Below are positions 12,401-26,525 of a stretch of DNA of 64,000 nucleotides, one piece after another; within the stretch, counting starts at the first letter, position 1, and each line of letters opens with the position of its first letter. The position numbers were made by a program, and so were the translations under genes. The notes under the pieces are model-generated. The model did not search any database and was not told where the DNA came from. It worked only from the letters and a program-made list of their open reading frames with translations. Source of the DNA: Azolla caroliniana (Eukaryota > Plantae > Polypodiophyta); contig JBHGNT010000011.1 in assembly GCA_043228905.1 (NCBI GenBank), positions 18,600,001-18,664,000 of the forward strand. Direction: 5' to 3'.

Positions 12401-15400
12401 GAGATGCAAGCAGCTTGCATACAGAAGACAGTAAATAAAAGCTAAGGCACCCTATTGTAATATATCTGCTGTAAAATATGGGATCATTGCATCAATAACT
12501 ATGATAGCGTAGGCCAATGTGCAGTAACCACCGTTGTCCCTATATCAGACATAATCAGCAGTGCCCATGACTGTCAGGATGCAGGTGTGGAGACCAAATA
12601 CATATTACAGAATGGCTACAAGAAATCATAGGGCACTGGGGGACTTGGTGCATAAAAATGCACACAGAGAACAATAGATGAATTTGTATTAACATTGTCA
12701 AGAAGAGGCCAGTAAGACATTGCATGTAATATCTTACCAATGATTACAATGGAAAATAATGTCTCATCGTAAACAGCAATAAAAGTTTAAAATGTATGCT
12801 CTACATTAACCTAGCATTCTAAAACAATATAGTTGAAATTTGAATAAAACTAATGGAAATCGATTGACCTCTTTTCGAGCATGGAGATTTTGTGCATTCT
12901 CTTTGAATTCCTTTTCCAATTTCTCCTTCAGATTGCGCTCTTGTTCTAGCTTATATATAGTTTCCATGTGCTCCTTTCTAAGACGTAATCTTTCTGCAGT
13001 CATTTCCTGATTCAATGGCAAGACTTTTATATCAGCAATATGTACAGAACTGGCAAATTTCCTGATTCAATTCCACACAGTAGACTTCTTGTCCATGAAA
13101 TTTACACTGGCAAGATCCTTTGTATTCCTTCTGCCAACTTATCAATTCAGTTAATGTAAAAAAAGAGCTGTTCTTTTTTATAGACTGTAAGCTTTACCAA
13201 GAACCTCACCAGATGCTGCTCATTTTCAGCTCCACTACTCTTTGACAAACTTGAAAATAACATTGAAAAACACTTCCAAAATTCTCCGCAGAAAAACTGC
13301 AATCTTTTTACTTGCTATGTTAAAAAACTCACATTTTAATTTGGATTTAAGCTTAATATGTGAACATTTATTTCTAAATTCAGGTTCTAAACAAAAAACG
13401 AACTACAATTTCTATAGCCTCTCAATTTGGGTGCATATGCATTATGAATGCATAACCAATTAGGATGTATGCTATGTGAGTTAGCAGTTTATGTGAACCT
13501 CTAATGTTGTTGCTAGCTTTTTCTCTGATTCCATAACTGATTTCTGCGCATCTTGGATCTTTAACTGCATTTCCTCTTCAGCATCGGTCACAGCCCGACT
13601 CTGCCGCTCATTTTCTGCAATCAGCTTATCAAGATTTGTCTCAAGCTTCCTGCAGAGGCTTTTGTAATCAAACTCTTCCTTCAAGCGCACCATGTTCTCA
13701 ACTTTCATGGCCTGCAAAAGTAAGAGATCACATTTTTGGTTTGAAACACTGCACATGTCAATGGGTAAAATAAAGTTCTGAATTACAAACACATACTCGT
13801 TGACCAAATAATATGGTGCTTGTAGTTTCTCCTCGGTGTTGGGGAGATGGACCAATCGTGATAATGAGGGATGTCCTCGCAGATCCTATCAAAGGTTATC
13901 TCACAAGTCATATGATGATCGATGTAAATACACAGAGAAAGAGAGAGAGATGCCAGAAACCAAATTAGATATTGACACATGCATTAAAAGCCATTACCAC
14001 CAAATGAATCCCGAAGAATTCTGGTCAATTTCGAATCTCTGATAGGAACATGTGGACTATTTTCTGCAAGTGCATTGATGCATTTCCCAAGAGCTGTCAA
14101 TGAGAGATTGATATACTTGGCCTCTTCTAAAGTATGACCTTCACTGCCTAAAAATAATAAACAGCTGAAAAGTTAGCAATGTTCTAATGTAGTCTGTGCC
14201 ACTGAAAGTGTACTTGCAAGACATTGTTAGAGAAAGGATGCCACATATGATAATCCAGGCAGTTACAAACCAGATTTGTCAACTCGTTCTGACCCCGCCA
14301 GATCTACAATAAGCAGCTTACTTTTACGAATGGTCGGTACTCGATGCCCTTTAGGTATCTGAATATTTGATGCATTTTCATTCAAGGCAATCAGTTCCCT
14401 TTCTGGTTTTCCTTTCACACCTTTTTTCACGTTAACCTGCATGATGAACATATGTTAATTTAATCTCTTCAATGGAGACAGTTCATACAGAGTTATAATT
14501 CTAGCAGAATCAGGAATGGTTCATTCAAAATTCTCTATGTAGTATTCTACCAGCAGTATAGCATGGCTTCGAGATGACTCAGTGTTTAGCTTTGTGTTTG
14601 CAGCAAATCGGTTTGCTTCCCCAATTTCCAAAAGCTCCAAAAACCTCTTCTGATCCCGTACTTCAACAAGCGTTGCTCCAGGAAGTGATACATCACCTGT
14701 CTTTGGATCTTCAACAATAGTGATGTTGTCTTTTTCTGGTGCAAGGAGGTCTTGCACTGTCTCCATGTATAACTGTTTCATAAATAAGGGTAATTAATCC
14801 TGGAGATCAAGAACAGAGATCAACAAGCAAATGATGTGCTGTAATTCATTAGGTTAAGAAATGGATAAGACAAGACTTCTAGCTCTATGACCAACGAAAA
14901 CCACCCTTTACAGATACATGGGATAGAAGTGAAAGTTACCTGCAGATATGAGACTGATACTGAATCTTGTTCTGAGGACATATCCGCAAGGATGTCTTCC
15001 ATAGCTCTTACCATAATTCCTCGTCCTGCAGTATCTTCTTCACCTAGCTTGCCAAGCGTGAATGTCTTCCCAGTGCCTGTTTGTCCATATGCCATGACTG
15101 TCCCGTTGTACCCTTCCAGAACACTCTATGAGAAGAAACAAAACTGCTTTTAATTTAGCCATGTAGTATTACATCCAAAAATCTGACGTGGAAAAAAAAC
15201 AGGAGATACCTCAACTACAGGCTTGGCAACCACTTCATATACACGCTTTTGAGAGGCAAACTCTGTCAGCACATCATCGAACTGGAATGTTTCACTGTCC
15301 CAGTTATTTTTCCTCAGCTTCAACCTTTTGAGCTGCAGCATAAACAGAGTGGTTCTTTGCTCAATCTTTGGAAATATGCGAGAAATGATTTTTAAAGCAG

Positions 15401-15901
15401 AGCGCATTGGATATGCAATGTGAATGTCCAATTCAATGCAGCAGAAGAAGCAAACCTCTGGCATCAATTCTACATAATTGCCAAAATCAGCATCTGCAAT
15501 AAGTTCATCTGCATTCTGAGGGCGAAGCCTTACTGTCACCCTCACTCTTCCTGATACTGTATATACAATTCCCAAAATAGCAGAGAACAACATTATATAT
15601 CTGATCCCAATGAAAAAAAATTAGCTATTACAATTGTATAATGGACTTGCTATGGAGAATTTGCATTAGATCTTCCATTGTTAGAATTGGTTATTCCCAA
15701 AACATCATTTTCAATAAAAAAGGAGCATGCTTTAGAGAAAGTCCATGATAGCTGAACCTAAGGGCTTTGTACCCATTACAATAAACCTTAAGTCAAATCC
15801 ATCTTCAGTTTTATAAAATTAGCATGCTTATGAGGAATTGAAATATATATCTGAGTCCAATATCTCCTAATTCGAATTCTAAATCCATACACACATAGGA
15901 A

Positions 15902-15937
<36 letters not shown>

Positions 15938-16430
15938 TGTATGTATGTATGTGTGTGTGTGTCCTGGAATATGAAAGTATCCAATGAACATTCTCAGGAA
16001 CATTCCTTTATATCTCAGCTCAACTTATCTCCGACTATGACAAGTGGATTCTGCTCAAAACCTTCATTTTCATGTATCCAACAAGCATGCTATGAAGAAA
16101 TTGTATGATATACGCCAATCCAATCTTCCTTTAGCTTTACAATTGGGTTCTGCTGAAAATCTTCATTTGTATGTACCCAATGTGCATGTTTAGGAATTAT
16201 TGGAGCAAAAGCATACCTCCTGAATCATCTTTTACTGGACGTGATGCTGTTGATCGCCTGGTGTGGCCAGCCACAGATGGTGTTGCAGATTTCGACCGGG
16301 AGAAGGACGGAGTGGAAGCAGACACAGCTATACCCGCCTTTGTAGCAGATCCCATAGACAATGGCCTGTCCAATCTTGCTATGGCTGAGCGGCCTGTGAG
16401 GCTGTTTCTGTAGCTAGGAGAGAGCGTCAT
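9401..16430 (-). CDS. ARK: Armadillo-repeat kinesin (kinesin motor + coiled coil + ARM repeats), about 19-20 exons
   Basis: Motor motifs [56 protein letters not shown]. Neck [22 protein letters not shown] repeats [48 protein letters not shown]. Ends KKMHLGHE* at 9401. Confidence 0.95.
15905..15962. repeat. (GTAT)n/(GT)n microsatellite in ARK intron
   Basis: Directly visible run. Confidence 0.9.
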
Positions 16431-17482
16431 TCGGATGAATCCTTATACTGGTATTTGTTTATACCTTATTCACTATAGATGATTGATTCAGAAAGCCACT
16501 GATGTTAAAAAATGAAAGGCGTGATGCAGTAGATAGGGATCAACGAGGAATTAAGAAGCAATGCTAAAAGGATTCCTTGATCAAATCGATGAATTAAGAA
16601 ACAATGCTAGAAGGGGTTCTCAAACAAATTGAAGAATTACGAAGGAATGCTAAAAGGATTCCTAGAACAAATCAAGGAGTTAAGAATCAATGACTGGTAT
16701 GGAGGAGCAATGAATTGGATGATGTGAAACAGGAGAAAGGAAATGTGCACAAATGGACGTACAATGAGGAGGAGGAAGAAGAAAGGTATGGTTTTTTGCC
16801 AGGTTAAATTCTCTGAATTTTTTCGGCTGCTTGTTTTACCTTCAAACCTACACCTAATTATACTGACCGTTTTGTTTTTCCATGCGAATATCTGAGTCCT
16901 TTACTTGCTTCGTATTGTCCCCGTCTTCCATATTATACATTGTATCACATCATCTCTGTTTTTTCTTCTGTTGTTTCTTGGATCTATGTCCAATTGGGAT
17001 GAGCTGTGGTCCAATGACGATACAGAGGAAGAACACAGGTTCCACAATTATCAGAATTTATTCATAGTTTCAAAGGAAATGTAAAATTCCAAGACCTCTC
17101 GGAACACTCATAAGACCGCATCAGGGAATGGATCATATGCCTCTCTCTTCCTCTGTCATTTCTGTGCTCTGTTTCCAATGGCTTTGTTTCGTGACACGGA
17201 TGATGTGCGTGTCCCTGATCTCTCTCTCACCCCCCCCCCCCCCCCCCCTCCCTCTGTTCTTTCTCTGTCTCTCTCTCCGTTTCCCTGATCGATCGAGAGA
17301 CAGACAGACAGAGACAGAGAGACAGAGAGAGTTCGTTATACTATTCAAAATCTCTCTCTTTCTCTCTGTTTTTATTTTTGTGAGTTTGGTGTGTCTGTGT
17401 GTGTCTGTGTTTTTGTTGCTGAAGGATTTCAGCAAAAAATAACGACCAAAATCATTGAATGTTATGTATGCATGTATCTTCC

Positions 17483-17678
17483 TACATACATACATACATA
17501 CATACACACATACATACATACATACATACATACATACATACATACATACATACATACATACATACATACATACATACATACATAAATACATACATACATA
17601 CATTCATTCATTCATTCATTCATTCATTCATTCATTCGTTCATTCATTCATACATACATACATGCATGCATCATTCAC

Positions 17679-17717
<39 letters not shown>

Positions 17718-17823
17718 TGCATGCATACATCATACATGTAATTGTGTATGTATGCATGTATCTTCATACATACATTCATTCATTCATTCATTCATTCATA
17801 CATACATACATACATACATTCAT

Positions 17824-17876
<53 letters not shown>
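17483..17876. repeat. Compound microsatellite (TACA)n-(TTCA)n-(CA)n, occurring as two similar blocks
   Basis: Directly visible. It produces the spurious HTYI/MYVC ORFs. Confidence 0.95.
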
Positions 17877-17877
<1 letters not shown>

Positions 17878-20199
17878 ATACTTATACTCATGCTCACATA
17901 GCAAATCATCCTCATCATTAGGAATGTGTGCAGCTAGCTGGCTTTCTCCTTGGAGCCCCCCACCCCCCATGCACCCATTGAACATTAGAATAGTAGAAGA
18001 GATGGTGGCTAGCACACAAGTGTGTCTGCACGAGATTGGAGGTCGGGAGACGCCACTTACCTCATGGCGTCCTTTCCATAGTTAAAAGCTATATGAAGGA
18101 TTGATATATTGTGCCATAGTGAGCAAACCATCACAACCACCACCCATCCAACTTTATTCATACTTCAAACAAAAAAAAGCACAACAATCTTCTATGTTGT
18201 CATGCTCCTACCTTCTTCACTATAGATTCTTTAGGTTTATTTGTCTTGCTGTACCTTTGCCCCTCCCCCTTCCAAAATTCCCTTTGACACAATTATTGGC
18301 CTCCCTATACAACATTGCAAGAAAAATGGAATGGGCTTTTTGTCTCTTACTAGGTAAACTCCCAAAACGTGGACATGCACTAATAAAACGAGTCATTATC
18401 CAAGGCTTCTTGGGTGGACAAAAGATCAATTAATAGATGTCTACAAAAAGTGTTCATTCACATGAAGGTCACATCTAAGAATATGCAAGTTGTTGATTCA
18501 CTACCAAAAAGATAAAGCATAAAATGTAGAAGCAACAGGATTGTATACATGCTTTGATGCGCCAAGAAACCGGGTCCAATGTGATATGTATATATATATA
18601 AGTATTTTACTCTGATAGAGAAGTTTATTCAATGATAGTTCCATATGCAAAAGATGATTGTGAAGGCAATAGGAATGCTTGATTTAATGAGATGGAGACA
18701 AACGAGTGAGTGGCTAACAATTGGATACGACAATGTATGGGCTACGCTGGAAAGAAACATGTCAATTCAAGGTTTATTGATAGAATATCAACACGGCATT
18801 GTCATTTCATATAAAGTAACCAAACCCAAGGAATTGAAGACTTATAGAATGACATGTATTAGATAGGACAAATTTTCCAAGAAGATTACAGAGTTTTGTA
18901 TTATATGATTAAACATAAGACCATGTAGAACACAAACCACATATCCAAAAAGAGACTTGTATATATAATGAGACATCAGGCAATAGGAAGGTGCAAATTA
19001 TAGAAATTTGTTTGGAAGGATTCATGCATGAAACTTTCATATTTACTAATCATCACTACTTCATATCTATGATGTTAAAGCACAATGTGGAAGCATTACC
19101 CTCCTATACATCCGTGTGCTAACATATTTGAATGCATGAATAATATTTTCAAACCGAGAATTGTATTAACACCTATCGACCTAGAGTCAAAATAGCAACA
19201 AATCAATACGGTGTCGTCAATTATGTATAGTGCCGTCAATTATGTATAGAAGGATCCTACCACAAAGCTCTAGAGCTCTACTTGTAGATAGGTAGATTCT
19301 ATTATCTTTATCTGAGGTCAAATATGACTTATGAGACCAAAAATATAACATTTTCATATAGTACATGTGAAGTGAGTAGTGACTCTTAAGAACTTTACTA
19401 ATGAATGTTGCACGTAACAATAGCGACAATGCACTCATTGACTCTGAGAAAAATTCATGCCAGGATTGCATTTGGTCAAAGATGTATGGAAAGCCTAGTC
19501 CGATGTAATTAAAGGATTATCATCAAAATGTGATACTCACACTCCCAAACTTGTGTTAGGGCAAAGTGTGGACCCATTCACTTCGTAATGAGTGTGCACT
19601 AAGTTGCAAGGAAGCAACGGTTTGAATGAAAAACAAGGGGTGGACTCTAACAAGTATTGACGTGTGTGGTTTCCTCGTTTGACGGAAAATACGAATTTAT
19701 AGTTAAACAACATATGTAGTACAATGTTTGAAGCATAAGCCTCATTCACAAAGAAAACAATGGATGCATCATGTAGCAACAACACACCCCATATCCTAAA
19801 CCATTTTTTGTAATTTTTCATCCAACCGAAACACAAGATTTTGCTTTTATATGTCTTTTAGATATTTTTACTGGCTTCCAAATACGAGGGACATTTTCGA
19901 ACCTAAAATGTGTATTTTGACAACCCTTTTCAAGGCTATGATCTCAACGAGAAAATGATCCGATCTCAAGAAGTAGGAGATATTGCATTTGTTTCTTAAC
20001 TTGAAGAAACTTTTAAAAAAATTTAGACATTTTCAAGTTCTTTCCAAGTGAATTTAAGGATACTAGAGCCCCTTAATGTTTTTTGACATTTTCAAGTTCT
20101 TTCCATGTGAACCCCTTAAGTCCACCCCTTAGAGAAGCACAAGTGTCATCAAAATGCGAAAGGGTATTTCTTGAGGACCCAACACTTAATTTCTTCATG

Positions 20200-20560
20200 A
20201 TTTCTCAAGTTGCTCTCTTTCCCGCATCTATGATAAATAGATAGATATCTTTTTGACACCCATTAGATGTATGCTCACCCTTCTTGGTGAACATTTGAGT
20301 GCAACACATTATCATGCATCTATCAAAGAAGTAATCATATTTCTCACAAATTACCTCGTACATTGAGCATGTGATAAGTGAATATACATCCTCCACTAGG
20401 TTTTCATGGCATCGCTTGCATATCATCATATTTGAGAGATGATGCCCTGATGCTACCTCAACACCAAATTTGTGTGAGCAAGTTCAAAGAAGCATTAAGG
20501 CTCTCCAAGAGTCAAGGTTCTTGAGAGTAATGAGATGCAATTAGGTACTATCTGGCATTT
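20200..20560 (-). mobile_element. Degenerate non-LTR retrotransposon (RTE/L2-like) 3' fragment
   Basis: Translates to LRTCSHKFGVEVASG..ICKRCHENLVEDVYSLITCSMYEVICEKYDYFF, resembling the C-terminal LRxSSHxL..CxxC..VEDExH..C motif of LINE ORF2. Confidence 0.5.
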
Positions 20561-21301
20561 TTACCTTCTAATAGGGCCAAATTTGAGGGTCAATAACGTG
20601 CGTGTTTGGAGGAATCTTACTATGTAAATTGCTTTCTTTTATAAGATGTATGCCTTACACAAAGGAATGGATATAAGGGAAATTTACCTTGAAAGATAGA
20701 AAAAAAGAAAGCATGTTATGCTTGATTAGAGCTAACCCTCCTAATTGCATGAATTCTTAGGACTAAGAACAAGCAACCATGCCATTCTTTACCTTCATCT
20801 ACATCTAAAGCATTAACAATCATTATAATTTCCCCATTAGATAAAATAATGTATAGGAATTTCACTTTTCTTCAACCCAATCAAGAGAGAGAGAGTTATC
20901 GGTAGATCTTTCTTTCATTGTTTTCTTCAAAAGCCATTCACAAACCAACCCTCTTCACGGGCTACAAACTACCTTAGGCATTCAATCCCTCTTTTTATCA
21001 AAAAGTATACAATCTCTAGTGTCCTAAGACACCAATTTTCCTTTTCATCACAACCAATGAGCTAGCTGGCATACCATATCCCAAAATAAAGAAACAAATG
21101 AGTTAAAACTAATGCCCCCTCATCACTTTTCTGGATAATCATGGATATGCTTCAGAGAAATCATTGTTAGCTCCTTGCCTGTTCAAAGAATCTTCACTCC
21201 CTTGATATTGAAAAGCAGAAAATAACCAAGCGTTTGTATAGGACACAGCTCAAAATAATGAGTACATGCTATGCCAATCTTGACTTTGAGATATCGATCA
21301 T

Positions 21302-22948
21302 TCACACATAAGTCCATGTATCATTGTTTTTAAAGTGGCCTTCAATTATCACATTACTTCCACACATCTTGGAGCTTACCCTCTCTAAAGATTCCAGATC
21401 TTTGTCAATGGTAAACCCTGGACCGGCTTTAGAATGGCCACAAAGTGTAGGTGAGATATCTACCACAAGTTTCTGCACGACCTTTTCTTCTAGGGCTTGC
21501 TTGGCCAGAGAGCTTCCATGACCTCGGGCATCCACCAACACAGAGCAAAATCCACGTGCATAGCAGATTTCAAGTACAGCCTCCCAATTGAGCTCTTGTA
21601 TTCCAACCACTTCAACCCCTCTTTCTAGTAGTGTAGACTCCATGGTCTGACCAGATTTCCTATTATGGCTGCTCCCTGAATCAGATAACACAGCTTCCTC
21701 GCTTGCAATCACTAGTGTTGGTGCAACAGAGGTGTCGAATACACTTGCATCAGGGGGCAGCTGGAACGTACTTGTAAGCACAATCCTAAGGGGTTGCTTT
21801 GCACCAGGTTCTGCAGTCAGCAAAGCAGGATCATCCCGAAGAGCAGTATCACAAACAATGACTGCATCACTCTCCTGAAGTAATTGCGAGAAGTAGCTTC
21901 CTACAGTAGAGCCGACTGAATTACTCTCCAAGAAACCACCATCAAGTGATAAAGAAAACCTGCAGAAAAGAGTAGATTTCTACTTTTGTAATTGTCCTTG
22001 AGATCACCACAAAAATCAACCCGACATTCCTTGAGATTACCTGAGAGTAACAAACGGTTTCTTTTGAAGCATTCGATGGATATATGCCTCATTCAGAGCT
22101 TTACACGATGCCGTCTCTACTCCAACAATAACTTGGATACCAGCTTTCTTTAGTGTATCAACTCCTGTTCCAGCAACAATTGGATTTGGATCTAGCATCC
22201 CCACAACCACTCGCTTTACATGAGCTTGGATGAGTGCAGCTGTACAAGGGGGAGTTCGTCCATAGTGATTGCATGGTTCTAAGCTCACATAAGCTGTAGA
22301 ACCATTTGCATTTCTGCTTGCTTCTCTCAGTGCAAAGACCTGAAAGTGTTGAACAATACTGATTATATAATCTGAAGGACACTCGAGATGATTAAAATGA
22401 CTCATAAGTAATACATGAAGTGACTAAGACGAATGCACATAGTGTAAAACTAACATCTAAAAGTGGGGACCTACTGTTTTGCACAAAGTGGAACTCATAA
22501 CTCATATTTTCACAGATGCATTTAGTTGAAAGATAGAAAAGAATGGATGCATTTAACTTCTATCACCAAATCACAACTTTGCTAATAACAAAAGATGGTG
22601 CAAACAACCCCAAAAAATGAAGCGTGATATTTAATTAATAGATATACTAACCTCAGCATGGGGTTCTCCAGCCTTAGGATGGAAACCTTGACCGACAACT
22701 TTGCCATCTTTAACAATGACACAGCCCACCATGGGATTTGGGGAGGTATGCCCCAAAGCCCTTTTGGCCAGCTGGACGGAAAGCCTCATGTATTCCACAT
22801 CCATCTGAGTGGCTCCATCTGGAAGAATAGATGAGCGAACAACATACCTACTTGAATGAGATTGTTTGTTTGAGAAAGTACATCTCAAGTTGGAATTGTA
22901 GCAGTGTAACTGCACGTTGCAGGTGTTAGAAAGAGAGAGATTCATCAT
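21302..22948 (-). CDS. PYRD: Riboflavin biosynthesis deaminase PyrD (RibD-type: active deaminase plus degenerate reductase domain); exons 22652-~22948, 22041-22339, 21302-21959; N-terminus uncertain
   Basis: Zinc-deaminase motifs TSPNPMVGCVIVK, HPKAGEPHAE/VFAL and SLEPCNHYGRTPPC. RibD-like C-terminal domain (DAVIV..ALRDDPALL, QPLRIVL). Confidence 0.9.
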
Positions 22949-23539
22949 AGGGCAGTACGTAATCAGGAGGGCCCAGTAGAGTGAGGAATCAGAGGTGAAA
23001 ATATGTTCCACTTTGAAGACTGCGATTACAGGAGTTCTGCAACCACAATTATTATAAAAAATTAATACCCAAATCGAGGGCTCTCCAAACTATCCCCATT
23101 TAACATTATCAACATGTGTGTCAATCAGAACTCCTGAAATAGTGTGCGGATGATTCTGGCATCCTAGCAATTCAATACTAAGAAACTAATCTATAGTGAA
23201 GAAGTGTCAAATAAATGAAAGCAATTATAGAGCCTCCCTCATGAACCAGTACTACTGCATACTGCAACCACTCTTAAGTTCCACTAGCTATATCTTAAGA
23301 AGAGAACAAAATACAAAAGGCAAGTAGAGACCAAAATCAACTTATGAGACAAAATACTGAGTTCAATATCTATGAGAAGGACAAAAAGGAGAACTAACTA
23401 GAAATCACTCCAGAAGTGACTCTTTGGCAGTGTTCAATCACCAGTTGGAATTTATTCTTCTTCAAGCTGCATTGACGCTGAGTTACACAGCTTATTGCAC
23501 TTTCAAGAAAACGCCGGCATTTTCAAACTCACGCTTCCA

Positions 23540-23810
23540 TGAATTCAATTGAAAAATATACTGTAGTAGAGGGTCAGAAACTAGAAATTAGCCTCATTGA
23601 CATGACCAAAAAGATAGCTTGCTCCAACAAACTCTGTCTCTACAATCCTATACAGCGGATTGCACTTTCAAATGAATGCGAACCATTTCAAATCTCATGC
23701 TTCCATTCATTCAATAGAAAAAACATGGCGGTAGATGGCTAGAAACTAGAAAATTAGCCTCATCGGCATGGCCAAAAAGATAGCTTGCTCCAACAAAATC
23801 AGTCGCTACA
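23540..23810. repeat. Diverged two-copy tandem duplication (~170 bp)
   Basis: AGAAACTAGAAA..TTAGCCTCAT..CCAAAAAGATAGCTTGCTCCAACAAA occurs twice. Confidence 0.8.
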
Positions 23811-24340
23811 ATCATATTTCTTCTTTTACAACCCTTTTCTCTTGTTCTATTATTAAGAAATAAAGAGCAGACTCCTAAGCTAGAGAGCTAATGTTTACAT
23901 TGATTTAGTCACATGAATTTGAAAACGCACAAAGAGGAAGAAAAACTCATACACGAAGTCTTCTTTCTTTCCGTTCTACATGACGGTGGTGGGGATTAAA
24001 CAGAACACACCTGGTCCGCATACGCCACGGTTGTGCCCTGCAGGTTTCTCCATCTCCTTGGGAGACCTAGAAAAAGGCAAAAACAAGCGAACTTGAATGT
24101 CAATATAGAAGCCACAGAAGAAGGAAGGCACACAGAACCGGAAACCCTAAACCCACATACACACCTGAAGGTATGCACGGAAGGATGAAGAGGAGGCGAT
24201 GGGATGCTCTGCAATCCCATCTTCACCACAGACTTTCAAGAGGATGTATGTATGTATGTATGTATGCTATATGTTCGTATGTATGCATATATTCGTATAT
24301 ATGTACGAATATATGTATGTATAAAGATCACTTAGTATGG

Positions 24341-24924
24341 GTGCGGGATAGAGCCACCATACCACCCACTAGCTCTTATCATATATGGGTGGGTGTTTTT
24401 TATCAAGATTGGAACTACTCTGGATTGTAAAGGGGTATTTAGAGGATAAGACCTTTCGTCTTTTTTGATGTGGATAACACAAATCAATCGTCTCAGTTGT
24501 AGGAAATAGTTGCCGATTATCCTTATGTTATGGAACAGAAGATAAGGGTAATAGGATATGTTGATCACAAATGGCATATTGACCCACCAATAGAGGATAT
24601 AAGATCACTTTGGAAGTTATGGAAGTCACCACAAATACTTCACGTACAATGGTTACTTGTGCATTGACTCTTGCATGTTGGCACATGGCTGCGTAACATG
24701 CGCATATCCTCTAGATGTGCTCATTGTCATTTACAAGCTGAAACTCAGAAACATTAACTCCAAGACTGCATTGAGTCTCAATTGGTATGGCAACGCCTCC
24801 GTAGAATATTTGCTAACTACGTTTTGGCACTTTCAGCCACCAAGATGGTTGTTCCCTTCTCCAAACACTTAGGAATTAGAACTTTCTAAATGGTTGGATA
24901 TCTTTTCAAAAAGAAAAAAAAAAG
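24341..24924 (+). mobile_element. A-tailed retroposed insertion flanked by a 16-bp target-site duplication
   Basis: AGATCACTTAGTATGG at 24325-24340 and 24925-24940. The insert ends in AAAAAGAAAAAAAAAAG. Confidence 0.6.
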
Positions 24925-25851
24925 AGATCACTTAGTATGGCATGCATGTGTTGTGTGTGTGTGTGTGTGTGTGTGTCTATATGCATTAAGATCACTTATC
25001 ATGGATCTCTTGGAAACCAAGAGGTTTTGTTTTTGTTTGAGTATGGCATGTGTGAAATCCTCATTTGTCTCATACGTCAATTTGCCTCTAGGATACGTAA
25101 GAGTATGACGTCACAAGTTACCACCATTACATATATTGTTTTGCATAAGATGTTAATGCCACTTCATTAGTATGGTAATTACATGAATGCAACCCATACA
25201 CTAGCAAAGAGACTACATGATTCAATTGGATACCAAACGACACCTAGCACTTTGTATATCTAGATGCTTGCTCTATTCTATCAACAAAAGCATGACATAT
25301 AAGCACTTGCTTATATTGTTTCCAAGTTTAGTATTCTTCTATTAAAGCTTGTCACTAGATAAAGAACAATTTATTTTCAGCACTATAAAGTTATAATACA
25401 TAAAGTCATAAAATCCACTTACCAACATTACATAACAAGCACTAATTATGCATACATTATAAAGTAGCATCTGCCCTTTAGCACATTGGATTCACCAAAT
25501 TAGTTTTGATCATCACACAAGGTCCACTTAGACAACGCATCAAGTGTAAAACCACTTCTGTTTTTCATCAATTAAACTTCTTTAAATGGTATAATTGCAT
25601 TTCTAATTATGTTTCAAGTTCATTCTACGCAGTATAATTTACCTAAGGAACATAATTCAAAGGGCATGTATATAAAAGTATTACCAAAGAGCCCAACCCA
25701 TCATTAGCCTTCGGTTCTATATGGAGAAATCTTACTTTCTAGAAAGGTTATCAGAATCTAAAAGTACTAACGTTCTTATTTAAAACATGTCAGATTTCTA
25801 TTTCTTAATATTTTATGAACTCTGCCGGACTGTCCTAGTCATTACATTGCG

Positions 25852-26097
25852 TGGCCATTTGGCATGAAGATCTTTGCATATTTTGATAACTGAAGGCTTG
25901 CTTGAGTTATATTCATTTCTATGCAGAGGTAATGGCATATATTGTTCCTTTTGAGATGCGATGCAAGCAAAAACATGTTGCATATGGCCATTTGGCATGA
26001 AGAGCTTTTCATCCTGGTAGTTAAGGGGTTGCTTGAGTTATATTCATTTCTCTGTGGAGGTATGACATATATTGTTCCTCCTGAGATTCGATGCAAG
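25852..26097. repeat. Diverged two-copy tandem duplication (~134 bp)
   Basis: TGGCCATTTGGCATGAAGA...TTGCTTGAGTTATATTCATTTCT...CGATGCAAG occurs twice. Confidence 0.8.
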
Positions 26098-26525
26098 AGA
26101 AAAAAGAAGTTGCTCACTCTGAAGTGCATCCGGTTTTTTATGAAAGCAACTATTATTCTGCGATGAAGTCTCTTGGTCAAAGACACTTCACAGGTTATGC
26201 AAAGATGTGTAGCTACTCGTATTTGGGTACGACAGAACAATCATCCTTATTCTTCATTGCATGAGATTTTACATAACTATACTTGATAAGATCAAGAGGA
26301 CACTGTAAGTATAAATGGCAGTAAAAGAGCTTTCCATTTAGCAGCTTGCGCTGTCAGTGAGTGCTGCAGCCCCCCACTTTTCATCAGATTTTGGAGAACT
26401 AAATCTCCTGTCTCATAGTACATGTACTTCTTTTGTATAAAATCACTACCCCTTCTGCTTCTAAAGCTCTGATGTGTTGGTGGTAGATGGATGTTGGAGT
26501 GAGATAGGAAAAATATCACACAATC

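Noticed and set aside
17250-17335. CT-tract/GA-tract inverted repeat as a miRNA hairpin
   Set aside because: This is low-complexity pairing in the ARK 5' region, with no recognisable mature miRNA.
17133-18085. Long His/Thr/Tyr/Ile-rich and MYVC-repeat ORFs
   Set aside because: They are translations of (TACA)n/(TTCA)n/(CA)n microsatellites.
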